Origin: Thermodesulfobacteriota bacterium
Lineage (GTDB): Bacteria > Desulfobacterota_D > UBA1144 > Nemesobacterales > Mycalebacteriaceae
Assembly (NCBI GenBank): GCA_965205855.1
Contig: OZ242184.1
Coordinates: forward strand, 1,216,001 to 1,280,000
Direction of reading: 5' to 3'
DNA: 64,000 nucleotides
How positions within the stretch are numbered: position 1 is the first letter of the stretch; each line of letters opens with the position of its first letter. The notes under the pieces were generated by a model. It was not told where the DNA came from, searched no databases, and saw only the letters and a program-made list of their open reading frames with translations. Of the stretch, positions 9,448-18,310 are shown one piece after another. The position numbers were made by a program, and so were the translations under genes.

Positions 9448-10703
9448 CAAAGACCTCCCGCTATAAGCTCTTCAAGGTTTGAAAACTGTCTCATGGTCTT
9501 ATTTTTGGACTCAACCAGCCGCAGTTTTTTCGGGTTTTCTATGAAAATAACGCCGTATGTCGGGGGCATTTCATCCTTTCTGCTGTTATGGCGGCGTACG
9601 GGTCGCGGTTTTGTCTCTGCTATGACCTGAAACCCGTTTGACCTGAGCCAGTAACTGAGGCGGATAGCCTCTTTTCTCAATGACGATTTTGTTGGAATTA
9701 CAACAAAATGGACGGTTTTGCCCGACCCCTCGGCGGTCGGAGACACCGCCTTTGCTATGCCTTCGATGTCTGCCGCGAAACCGGTCGCGGGAGTGTCGTA
9801 TCCGTATCGTTTGACAAGCGTGTCGTATCTGCCCCCGACCACAAGAGGACGGGAAGATCTTTCGTGCAGAACCTGAAAAGTCACCCCCGTGTAGTAGTTA
9901 AAATCGCGCACATCGCAAGCGTCCACGCATATCTCGCAATCAATCTCATGCTCGCCGAGAACCTCTATGATTTTCCCTATCTTAACCCCAGTCGGCCTGA
10001 GCTGCGGCAGTTTATCCATCAACCGCAAAACGGTTTTGATCTCGCGTGTACCGGCTATGGAGCAGACGATTTTCCTCTCCCCGGCAGACAGTCCGGCGGA
10101 CAAAAGCGCCTCGGACAGTTTTTCCGCCGATTTCATCTCAAACGCTTCGCGCACCCTGGCTTTTTCCTTGCCGGCGATTTTATCCACCGCCTTCAAAAAT
10201 CCCGCGTGTCCTATGTCAAGTATAAGTCCGGAAAGCCCGACCCTTTCAAGCGCCTTTACCGACAGCGCCATAACCTCCGCGTCCGCGGCAAGGTCTCTCA
10301 TTCCCATAAACTCGCATCCGACTTGAAAGACCTCCCTCTCCTTACCGCTTGATTCATGCTCAAACCTCACGACCCTGCCCGAATAGCAAAGCCTCTGCGG
10401 CTCCCTGAGGTGATTCATTCTCGTGGCGACGATCCTGCTTATCTGCGGCGTTATATCGGGACGCAAAGCGACAATATCCCCGGTTGAAGGATCTACAAAT
10501 TTCATCGTACGGGGTTTCAGTTTTTCGTTAAGCCCCGCGCTTATCGTTTCATAATTCTCAAAAAGCGGCGTTATGACCGGTTTGTAGCCCCATTTAAAAA
10601 ACTCGTCCAGAATCTCCCGTTCGGTGTTCTGAAACGTGTATGCCTCGTCGGGAACAAAGTTCTTCACCCCTTGCGGCAATCGTATGTTGTATCCACCGCT
10701 CAA
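9447..10703 (-). CDS. hisZ: ATP phosphoribosyltransferase regulatory subunit
   Basis: LRPDITPQI.R, RE.FQVGCE, YYTG..F, GGRYD; directly upstream of purA. Confidence 0.88.
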   Translation of the reverse strand: MSGGYNIRLPQGVKNFVPDEAYTFQNTEREILDEFFKWGYKPVITPLFENYETISAGLNEKLKPRTMKFVDPSTGDIVALRPDITPQISRIVATRMNHLREPQRLCYSGRVVRFEHESSGKEREVFQVGCEFMGMRDLAADAEVMALSVKALERVGLSGLILDIGHAGFLKAVDKIAGKEKARVREAFEMKSAEKLSEALLSAGLSAGERKIVCSIAGTREIKTVLRLMDKLPQLRPTGVKIGKIIEVLGEHEIDCEICVDACDVRDFNYYTGVTFQVLHERSSRPLVVGGRYDTLVKRYGYDTPATGFAADIEGIAKAVSPTAEGSGKTVHFVVIPTKSSLRKEAIRLSYWLRSNGFQVIAETKPRPVRRHNSRKDEMPPTYGVIFIENPKKLRLVESKNKTMRQFSNLEELIAGGL

Positions 10704-12280
10704 AGGGTAACCTGTTTAATTGAAAGAATATCTTTAAGCCCCGACAGCCTTTCCATAACATCGGCTCCGGCGGGAGAGTCAAGACTTGTGAAAACAATCG
10801 CCCTTCCGCCCATATTCTCGCGTCCGAGGTGCATGCGCGCTATGTTGATTCCCGCATCGCTGAGTATTGAGCACATCGCGGCTATTATTCCGGGCTTGTC
10901 GCAGTTTTCACTTATGAGCAAAACGCCTTCGGGCAGAACATCAAGACCAACCCCGTCCATAAGCACAAAACGCGGCTCGTCCTTGCCGAATATCACGCCT
11001 GAGACGCTTCTGTCTCCGTCCGCGGCGGAAACACTGACCGTTATGAGATTCAGATAATCCTCGGCAACCATCTTTGTGGACTCAACAATCTCAATCCCCC
11101 TGTCCGCGGCGATAACGGGCGCATTCACTTTGCTTACCTGAGTGTCCATCGCGGGGGCGAGAAACCCCTTGAGAACCGAAAGAGTCAGAATTTTTGTGTC
11201 AAACTCCGCTATCTCGCCCCTGTATTCCGCCCTGATCTTCTTCGCCCCCCTGCAAACCTGTCCGAGGAAGGAGCCGAGCTTTTCCGCGAGATTCATATAC
11301 GGCCCCATCCTTTCCGCGTCCCGTGCGTCAAGCGAGGGCATATTCACGGCGTTGCTCACAACCCCCTGGTTGAAATCTATAATCCTGCGCGCGATGTCCG
11401 CGCCGACCTTTTCCTGCGCCTCAAGTGTGGAAGCCGCGACGTGAGGGGTTACCACAAGGTTGGGTGCACCGAAAAGCGGGCTGTCCTTCGGAAGCGGCTC
11501 GGAGGAGAACACGTCAAGCGCTGCGCCGGCGAGTTTGCCATCCTCAAGCGCGCGGCAGAGAGCTTCCTCGTCCACAACCCCGCCGCGCGCACAGTTTATG
11601 AGAAACGCTCCGTCCTTCATCTTTGCGATGGCTTCGGGGTTTATGAGGTTTTTTGTCTCCGCCGTGAGGGGCGTGTGTATCGTGATAAAATCCGCCGAGG
11701 CGAGGGTTTCGTCAAACGAGGCGGGTTTGACTCCTATGCGCTCCGCGGCTTCGGAGGCAAGAAACGGGTCATACGCGACCGCTTTCATCTTAATTCCAAT
11801 CGCTCTTTCCGCGACAAGTTTCCCTATTGTGCCGAGCCCGATGAGGCCGAGCGTTTTTTCAAAGAGCTCCGCGCCTTTGAATTTTCCGCGCTCCCATTTT
11901 CCCGACATTGTGGAGATATGTGCCCGCGGGATGCTACGCGCGGCGGCAAACATAAGGGCGACCGCATGCTCGGCAGTTGTTATCGCGTTTGCCTTGGGCG
12001 TGTTTATAACAACAATTCCGTTTCTTGTGGCGGCGGCGATATCAACATTGTCAACACCTATTCCCGCGCGTCCGATAACCTTCAGGGAGCCGCGCGCGGC
12101 TCCGATAACCTCCGCGGTTACGGTTGTCGCACTGCGTATTATGATGCCCTGATAATCTCCGATTATGCGTTTGAGTTCATCCGATTCGATGCTTGAGCGG
12201 ATGTCCGGCTCAATGCCGGGGGCGGCTTCCAGCAAGCTCCTCCCCTCGACGGCAATGCCATCTGTAACAAGTATTTTCAC
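10700..12280 (-). CDS. serA: D-3-phosphoglycerate dehydrogenase (long form with ASB/ACT domains)
   Basis: GRAGIGVDNVD, GLG.IG, NCARGG, LDVF..EP, TPH..AST.EAQ; C-terminal D.PG...NIA.M.LGR. Confidence 0.96.
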   Translation of the reverse strand: MKILVTDGIAVEGRSLLEAAPGIEPDIRSSIESDELKRIIGDYQGIIIRSATTVTAEVIGAARGSLKVIGRAGIGVDNVDIAAATRNGIVVINTPKANAITTAEHAVALMFAAARSIPRAHISTMSGKWERGKFKGAELFEKTLGLIGLGTIGKLVAERAIGIKMKAVAYDPFLASEAAERIGVKPASFDETLASADFITIHTPLTAETKNLINPEAIAKMKDGAFLINCARGGVVDEEALCRALEDGKLAGAALDVFSSEPLPKDSPLFGAPNLVVTPHVAASTLEAQEKVGADIARRIIDFNQGVVSNAVNMPSLDARDAERMGPYMNLAEKLGSFLGQVCRGAKKIRAEYRGEIAEFDTKILTLSVLKGFLAPAMDTQVSKVNAPVIAADRGIEIVESTKMVAEDYLNLITVSVSAADGDRSVSGVIFGKDEPRFVLMDGVGLDVLPEGVLLISENCDKPGIIAAMCSILSDAGINIARMHLGRENMGGRAIVFTSLDSPAGADVMERLSGLKDILSIKQVTL

Positions 12281-12384
12281 GGCGCTGTAAGTGGTGGCAA
12301 AGAAGCCAAAACGGGGTATATTATGCGGAAAGCCGCCATTCTTGTCAATTTACCCGGCGCTCCCAGTAAACGGCTGCAAAAAAA

Positions 12385-13110
12385 GTGAACGGCGATACAA
12401 AAGCCCCTTTCCTCAAACATCTCGCGGAACTCAGAAGCGCGGTTCTTCAATCCGTTATCGCGGTGGCGGTGATGTTTGTCCCGTGCTACTATTTCCGTTT
12501 TGAATTGCTCAAAACCATAATGGCGCCCGTTCTTTCCGCGCTTCCGGCCGGGTCATCGCTTATCTTCACAAATCCGGCGGAAGGGTTCACTTCGCTCATA
12601 GCGGCTTCTCTTTTCTCCTCACTTGCGCTTTCGTCCCCGTTCATTCTGTATCGGGTTTGGCATTTTATTGCGCCGGGGCTTTATCAACAAGAGAGAAAAG
12701 GGCTGTTTTTATTCGTTTTCTTCGGAACCGTTCTGTTTTTCACGGGCATACTTTTCTGTCATTCCCTTGCCGCCCCACGCGCGCTTGCGTTTCTGCTTGG
12801 GGAGCATTCGGGCGATTTTTTCAGCGCGATGCCGTCTTTAAGCCGCTCTCTTTCGTTTCTTCTGACAATGTGTCTCGGTTTTGGTGCGGTTTTTGAGTTT
12901 CCGCTCATCGCGTTTTTTCTTTCGCGCTGGGGGGTTGTCACCCACCGGACGCTTACCGCGTCTCGCAGATACGCTTATCTCATCGGCTCTCTGCTCACGG
13001 CGGTGATAACTCCTACAACCGATTTCGCTTCAATGATGTTTCTTTTCATCCCGCTTGTCGTGTTCTACGAAGCCGGAATCGTTACCGCGCGCGTGTTCGG
13101 GAAAAGGTAA
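12385..13110 (+). CDS. tatC: Twin-arginine translocase subunit TatC
   Basis: HL.ELR, W.FIAPGLY..E, FG..FEFP, RRYA, A.ITP. Confidence 0.92.
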   Translation: MNGDTKAPFLKHLAELRSAVLQSVIAVAVMFVPCYYFRFELLKTIMAPVLSALPAGSSLIFTNPAEGFTSLIAASLFSSLALSSPFILYRVWHFIAPGLYQQERKGLFLFVFFGTVLFFTGILFCHSLAAPRALAFLLGEHSGDFFSAMPSLSRSLSFLLTMCLGFGAVFEFPLIAFFLSRWGVVTHRTLTASRRYAYLIGSLLTAVITPTTDFASMMFLFIPLVVFYEAGIVTARVFGKR

Positions 13111-13126
13111 ACGGCTGCTTTTTTTC

Positions 13127-13164
13127 AAAAAAAAAAGGGACGGATAACACCGTCCCCCTTTTTT
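13127..13164. terminator. Bidirectional intrinsic terminator between convergent tatC and adhesin 1
   Basis: Stem GGGACGG (13137-13143)/CCGTCCC (13150-13156) flanked by A10 and T6 runs. Confidence 0.8.
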
Positions 13165-13187
13165 ATCCGTTTAGCGGATGTGGAATT

Positions 13188-16100
13188 CTACCACCGGAGT
13201 TTGAAGCCGGTTTTAAAAATCTTGTCCTGAAACTCGCTTGTCGTGGCTCCGCCGAGATGCACCTGAATGGTATCGTTCACCCTCATCCCGAAGCTTCCCG
13301 CCATTCCGTATTCGCCCTCATATTCCGAGAAATTTACATCCAGACCGATGCGGTCGTCCTTGTCAAGGTGCGCTGCATCAATCGCCGCCGCCATCGCAAC
13401 ACCTCTCACAAGGCCTGATATCTGACGGTCGTGCTGGTCAACTTTGTCCTGCACCCATGCGTTACGCTCATACAGGTCGCCGTATCTTTTCGGCTCGCTT
13501 CCAAACGGGGACTGCCGCAACGCCTCAAGCGTCTCCGGAGAAAGCTGCTCCTGACCTTCCTGTGTAATAAACTCGTCCACATTCCTCGGACGACGGTACT
13601 CTGTCTCCGCTGTCGCGGCGGCTATGTATTCCTCTATCGTTCTTATCTCGTCAAAGTTGCGCGCGCTGTCTATTTCCGCTCCCGACTGCAAAGTATCCAA
13701 CTCAGCATCCGTGACACCGCTCAGATAACCAACAATAGAAATCCTCTCTCTCACCGTAAGACCCTCAATACCTTCCTCTATCTCGCCACGGCTTACCCAG
13801 CCGTCTCCGTTTGAGTCAAAATTACCGATTGTGGAGGGAATGTTGTTAGACGGTATATCAGTTCCGAGAACTCCACCGACGTCAAAGCCGTTCGCTTCCT
13901 GCGCTTCGTAGTATCTCAGCTGCTCATACAAATCCCCTTCCCTGTCTATCCCCGTGCCGTTCACGTCGCCGAGAAAACTGCCCGCTTGCGCGCGGAGGGC
14001 GCTACCGTAGCGAGTCGTGTTTCCGTCCGGTTCAAGAGTATTCAGCTGATCCTGAAGAGTTATGTATCTGTCGCCGAGACGGGTTGTCTCATCATCTGTG
14101 TCCGCCAGTCTCTGCCTCTGAAAATCGGATGCGCCCACTCCTTCATACAGGTTCTCTGTCCGTGAAAGCAATGACCCGTTCGGATTCGTTGTCGGCCTCA
14201 AAGAAAGGTTGTTTGTCTCAGAGTTAAACAGACTCGCATTAGAAGAACCCTGAGCCGCAACCCATTGCTGTTGAAGCTGCTCCACTTCCACGCGTTGCTC
14301 CTCAATCTCATCGTGTTTCTTGAACTCGCTGTCTGCAAGGTAGTCTTCCAAACCCGCAACATACGCCTCCTGTGCGGTTCGTGCCACATCATTTGCCGCA
14401 GTTACGCCACCAACAGAAGCAATTTCCGCTCTGACCCTCCGTTTCAATGTCTCCGGACCCTCGTCGCCAACCAAATCGTCAATCCCGTCAAAACCGAAAT
14501 CAGCCGTTTGCAGTGTCCCGTCCGGCAGAACCGTTACCACTCTTGTCGCTCCCGCAGTCTCAAACGAGCGGTCTCTTCTGTCCTGAAAATCACCAAGCGT
14601 GGAGTCGTGAATGTTCCGCGACGGGCTGAAATCCGGATTACTACCGGGTGTAGAAGCTTGTGTGATGTATACTTTCTCCTCAAACAGACCAAGACCCGTA
14701 AACGTGTATGTGCTGTCCGCCTCGGTTGGCGTTCCGCTTCCGTCTGCCGATCGTCCGGAGGCGTTCTTTGCAAACTTCTGCGAATAATCCCTGCTGGTTT
14801 CGGTCCCTCGTCCGAAAGCGTCTGCATGGCTGCCGCTTGAAACCGCACCCTGACCCACTACCGTAGAATTGGTGCCCGAAACTATCGAATCCTGTCCCAC
14901 TGCCGTTGAACGGACACCGCTCGCGTTTGAATCTTGTCCCAATACTGTTGAATCCTCTCCGCTTGCCTCAGAATCCTGTCCCACTGCCGTCGAATTAGCT
15001 CCGTTCGCCAGTGAACTCTGTCCCGATGCCGTTGAGCGTATGCCGTTCGCTATTGAACCCTGTCCCGATGCCGTTGAATCCTCTCCGCTCGCTTCAGAAT
15101 CCTGTCCCACTGCTGTTGAATTTACTCCGTTGGCCAGTGAACTCTGTCCCGATGCCGATGAACGGGCGCCGTTCGCTATTGAACCCTGTCCCGATGCCGT
15201 TGAATCCTCTCCGCTCGCTTCAGAATCCTGTCCCGATGCCGTCGAATTAGCTCCGTTGGCCAGTGAACTTTGTCCCGATGCAGATGAATTAACGCCAGAT
15301 GCCTCAGAATCCTGTCCCACTGCCGATGAACGGGCACCGTTCGCTATTGAACCCTGTCCCGATGCCGTTGAATCCTCTCCGCTCGCTTCAGAATCCTGCC
15401 CCACTGCCGTCGAATTAGCTCCGTTGGCCAATGAACTTTGTCCCGATGCAGATGAATTAACGCCAGATGCCTCAGAATCCTGTCCCGATGCCGATGAACG
15501 GACACCGTTCGCTATTGAACCCTGTCCCGATGCCGTTGAATCCTCTCCGCTCGCCTCTGAATCCTGTCCCACTGCCGTCGAATTAGCTCCGTTGGCCAAT
15601 GAACTTTGTCCCGATGCAGATGAATTAGCTCCGCTCGCCTCTGAATCCTGTCCCGATGCCGTCGAATTTACTCCGTTGGCCAGTGAACTTTGTCCCGATG
15701 CCGATGAACGGGCGCCGTTCGCTATTGAACCCTGTCCCGATGCCGTTGAATCCTCTCCGCTCGCCTCTGAATCCTGTCCCACTGCCGTCGAATTAGCTCC
15801 GTTGGCCAATGAACTTTGTCCCGATGCAGATGAATTAGCTCCGCTCGCCTCTGAATCCTGTCCCGATGCCGTCGAATTTACTCCGTTGGCCAGTGAACTT
15901 TGTCCCGATGCAGATGAACGGGCGCCGTTCGCTATTGAACCCTGTCCCGATGCCGTTGAATCCTCTCCGCTCGCTTCAGAATCCTGTCCCACTGCCGTCG
16001 AATTAGCTCCGTTGGCCAATGAACTTTGTCCCGATGCAGATGAATTAACGCCAGATGCCTCAGAATCCTGTCCCACTGCCGATGAACGGACACCGTTCGC

Positions 16101-18125
16101 TATTGAACCCTGTCCCGATGCCGTTGAATCCTCTCCGCTCGCCTCTGAATCCTGTCCCACTGCCGTCGAATTAGCTCCGTTGGCCAATGAACTTTGTCCC
16201 GATGCAGATGAATTAACGCCAGATGCCTCAGAATCCTGTCCCACTGCCGATGAACGGGCGCCGTTCGCTATTGAACCCTGTCCCGATGCCGTTGAATCCT
16301 CTCCGCTCGCCTCAGAATCCTGTCCCACTGCCGTCGAATTAGCTCCGTTGGCCAATGAACTTTGTCCCGATGCAGATGAATTAGCTCCGCTCGCCTCTGA
16401 ATCCTGTCCCGATGCCGTCGAATTTACTCCGTTGGCCAGTGAACTTTGTCCCGATGCCGATGAACGGGCGCCGTTCGCTATTGAACCCTGTCCCGATGCC
16501 GTTGAATCCTCTCCGCTCGCCTCTGAATCCTGTCCCACTGCCGTCGAATTAGCTCCGTTGGCCAATGAACTTTGTCCCGATGCAGATGAATTAGCTCCGC
16601 TCGCCTCTGAATCCTGTCCCGATGCCGTCGAATTTACTCCGTTGGCCAGTGAACTTTGTCCCGATGCAGATGAACGGGCGCCGTTCGCTATTGAACCCTG
16701 TCCCGATGCCGTTGAATCCTCTCCGCTCGCCTCTGAATCCTGTCCCACTGCCGTCGAATTAGCTCCGTTGGCCAATGAACTTTGTCCCGATGCAGATGAA
16801 TTAGCTCCGCTCGCCTCTGAATCCTGTCCCACTGCCGTCGAATTTACTCCGTTGGCCAGTGAACTTTGTCCCGATGCCGATGAACGGGCGCCGTTCGCTA
16901 TTGAACCCTGTCCCGATGCCGTGGAATCCTCTCCGCTCGCCTCTGAATCCTGTCCCACTGCCGTCGAATTAGCTCCGTTGGCCAATGAACTTTGTCCCGA
17001 TGCAGATGAATTAACGCCAGATGCCTCAGAATCCTGTCCCACTGCCGATGAACGGGCGCCGTTCGCTATTGAACCCTGTCCCGATGCCGTGGAATCCTCT
17101 CCGCTCGCTTCAGAATCCTGCCCCACTGCCGTCGAATTAGCTCCGTTGGCCAATGAACTTTGTCCCGATGCAGATGAATTAACGCCAGATGCCTCAGAAT
17201 CCTGTCCCACTGCCGATGAACGGACACCGTTCGCTATTGAACCCTGTCCCGATGCCGTTGAATCCTCTCCGCTCGCTTCAGAATCCTGTCCCACTGCCGT
17301 CGAATTAGCTCCGTTGGCCAGTGAACTTTGTCCCGATGCAGATGAATTAACGCCAGATGCCTCAGAATCCTGTCCCACTGCCGATGAACGGGCGCCGTTC
17401 GCTATTGAACCCTGTCCCGATGCCGTTGAATCCTCTCCGCTCGCCTCTGAATCCTGTCCCACTGCCGTCGAATTAGCTCCGTTGGCCAATGAACTTTGTC
17501 CCGATGCAGATGAATTAACGCCAGATGCCTCAGAATCCTGTCCCACTGCCGATGAACGGGCGCCGTTCGCTATTGAACCCTGTCCCGATGCCGTGGAATC
17601 CTCTCCGCTCGCCTCTGAATCCTGTCCCGATGCAGATGAATTAACCCCGCTCGCTGTTGAATCCTGTCCCACTGCCGTTGAATTAACCTCGCTCGCGAAG
17701 GAATCCTGTCCCACTGCCGTTGAATTGACGCTGGACGCGGTTGAACCCTGTCCCGTTGCCGTTGAACGGGCGCCGCTCGCATCAGAACTCTGTCCCACTG
17801 CCGTGGAATCTGTGCCAAACGCGCTTGAACCCTGACCCACTGCCGTTGAATTGGTGCTGAAAGCCCTTGAGGACTTACCCGTTGCCGTTGAATCTACGCC
17901 TTCCGCTATTGAACCCTCTCCCGTTGCCGTTGCATTTGTGGCGGACGCTATTGAACCCGCTCCCGTTGCCGTTGAATTATCGGCGGTCGCGGATGCACCC
18001 AGTCCCGTTTCCGTATTACCTACTACTTGAGCGTCAGCGTCTTTGATACCCAAAAATGCCGCAAAAACTACGGTAAATAATACAAATAACGCCGAATACA
18101 AGCGAAAATTCATTTGGTTACTCAT
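13188..18125 (-). CDS. Trimeric autotransporter adhesin 1 (YadA-like), about 1645 aa
   Basis: AGGAG-ctatt-ATG at 18125; signal peptide ending ADA-Q; 14-aa STAxGQxS head repeats; anchor GVAMAAA...GFKLRW ending in an aromatic residue. Confidence 0.88.
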   Translation of the reverse strand: MSNQMNFRLYSALFVLFTVVFAAFLGIKDADAQVVGNTETGLGASATADNSTATGAGSIASATNATATGEGSIAEGVDSTATGKSSRAFSTNSTAVGQGSSAFGTDSTAVGQSSDASGARSTATGQGSTASSVNSTAVGQDSFASEVNSTAVGQDSTASGVNSSASGQDSEASGEDSTASGQGSIANGARSSAVGQDSEASGVNSSASGQSSLANGANSTAVGQDSEASGEDSTASGQGSIANGARSSAVGQDSEASGVNSSASGQSSLANGANSTAVGQDSEASGEDSTASGQGSIANGVRSSAVGQDSEASGVNSSASGQSSLANGANSTAVGQDSEASGEDSTASGQGSIANGARSSAVGQDSEASGVNSSASGQSSLANGANSTAVGQDSEASGEDSTASGQGSIANGARSSASGQSSLANGVNSTAVGQDSEASGANSSASGQSSLANGANSTAVGQDSEASGEDSTASGQGSIANGARSSASGQSSLANGVNSTASGQDSEASGANSSASGQSSLANGANSTAVGQDSEASGEDSTASGQGSIANGARSSASGQSSLANGVNSTASGQDSEASGANSSASGQSSLANGANSTAVGQDSEASGEDSTASGQGSIANGARSSAVGQDSEASGVNSSASGQSSLANGANSTAVGQDSEASGEDSTASGQGSIANGVRSSAVGQDSEASGVNSSASGQSSLANGANSTAVGQDSEASGEDSTASGQGSIANGARSSASGQSSLANGVNSTASGQDSEASGANSSASGQSSLANGANSTAVGQDSEASGEDSTASGQGSIANGARSSASGQSSLANGVNSTASGQDSEASGANSSASGQSSLANGANSTAVGQDSEASGEDSTASGQGSIANGVRSSASGQDSEASGVNSSASGQSSLANGANSTAVGQDSEASGEDSTASGQGSIANGARSSAVGQDSEASGVNSSASGQSSLANGANSTASGQDSEASGEDSTASGQGSIANGARSSASGQSSLANGVNSTAVGQDSEASGEDSTASGQGSIANGIRSTASGQSSLANGANSTAVGQDSEASGEDSTVLGQDSNASGVRSTAVGQDSIVSGTNSTVVGQGAVSSGSHADAFGRGTETSRDYSQKFAKNASGRSADGSGTPTEADSTYTFTGLGLFEEKVYITQASTPGSNPDFSPSRNIHDSTLGDFQDRRDRSFETAGATRVVTVLPDGTLQTADFGFDGIDDLVGDEGPETLKRRVRAEIASVGGVTAANDVARTAQEAYVAGLEDYLADSEFKKHDEIEEQRVEVEQLQQQWVAAQGSSNASLFNSETNNLSLRPTTNPNGSLLSRTENLYEGVGASDFQRQRLADTDDETTRLGDRYITLQDQLNTLEPDGNTTRYGSALRAQAGSFLGDVNGTGIDREGDLYEQLRYYEAQEANGFDVGGVLGTDIPSNNIPSTIGNFDSNGDGWVSRGEIEEGIEGLTVRERISIVGYLSGVTDAELDTLQSGAEIDSARNFDEIRTIEEYIAAATAETEYRRPRNVDEFITQEGQEQLSPETLEALRQSPFGSEPKRYGDLYERNAWVQDKVDQHDRQISGLVRGVAMAAAIDAAHLDKDDRIGLDVNFSEYEGEYGMAGSFGMRVNDTIQVHLGGATTSEFQDKIFKTGFKLRW
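13444..14990. repeat. About 1.55-kb near-identical direct repeat, copy 1 (copy 2 at 18567-20113)
   Basis: Constant 5123-bp offset; differs mainly in a short patch near 14617-14680. Confidence 0.9.
14830..18000. repeat. 42-bp coding tandem repeat array (roughly 75 units) in adhesin 1
   Basis: Recurring ...tcctgtcccgatgcc/...tcctgtcccactgcc at 42-bp period; count estimated as length/42. Confidence 0.9.
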
Positions 18126-18178
18126 AATAGCTCCTATGTCCTTACTATGATTTTTTTTCATGCCGTTTAGGGCGTATT

Positions 18179-18205
18179 TGTATACCAAACGGAGAAAAAT
18201 GTCAA
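18179..18205 (-). promoter_or_regulatory. Putative sigma70 promoter of adhesin 1
   Basis: Minus-strand TTGACA (18200-18205) followed by TGG-TATACA/TACAAA at 15-17 nt in an AT-rich intergenic region. Confidence 0.4.
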
Positions 18206-18310
18206 CTGTTCTTTTTGAAGATATACGCACCTGATTAGACATTGCTTTTCTGGCATGACCACCATTCTTGATATTTTTACGGGAGACACTTTCGGACAGA
18301 TACATCCACC

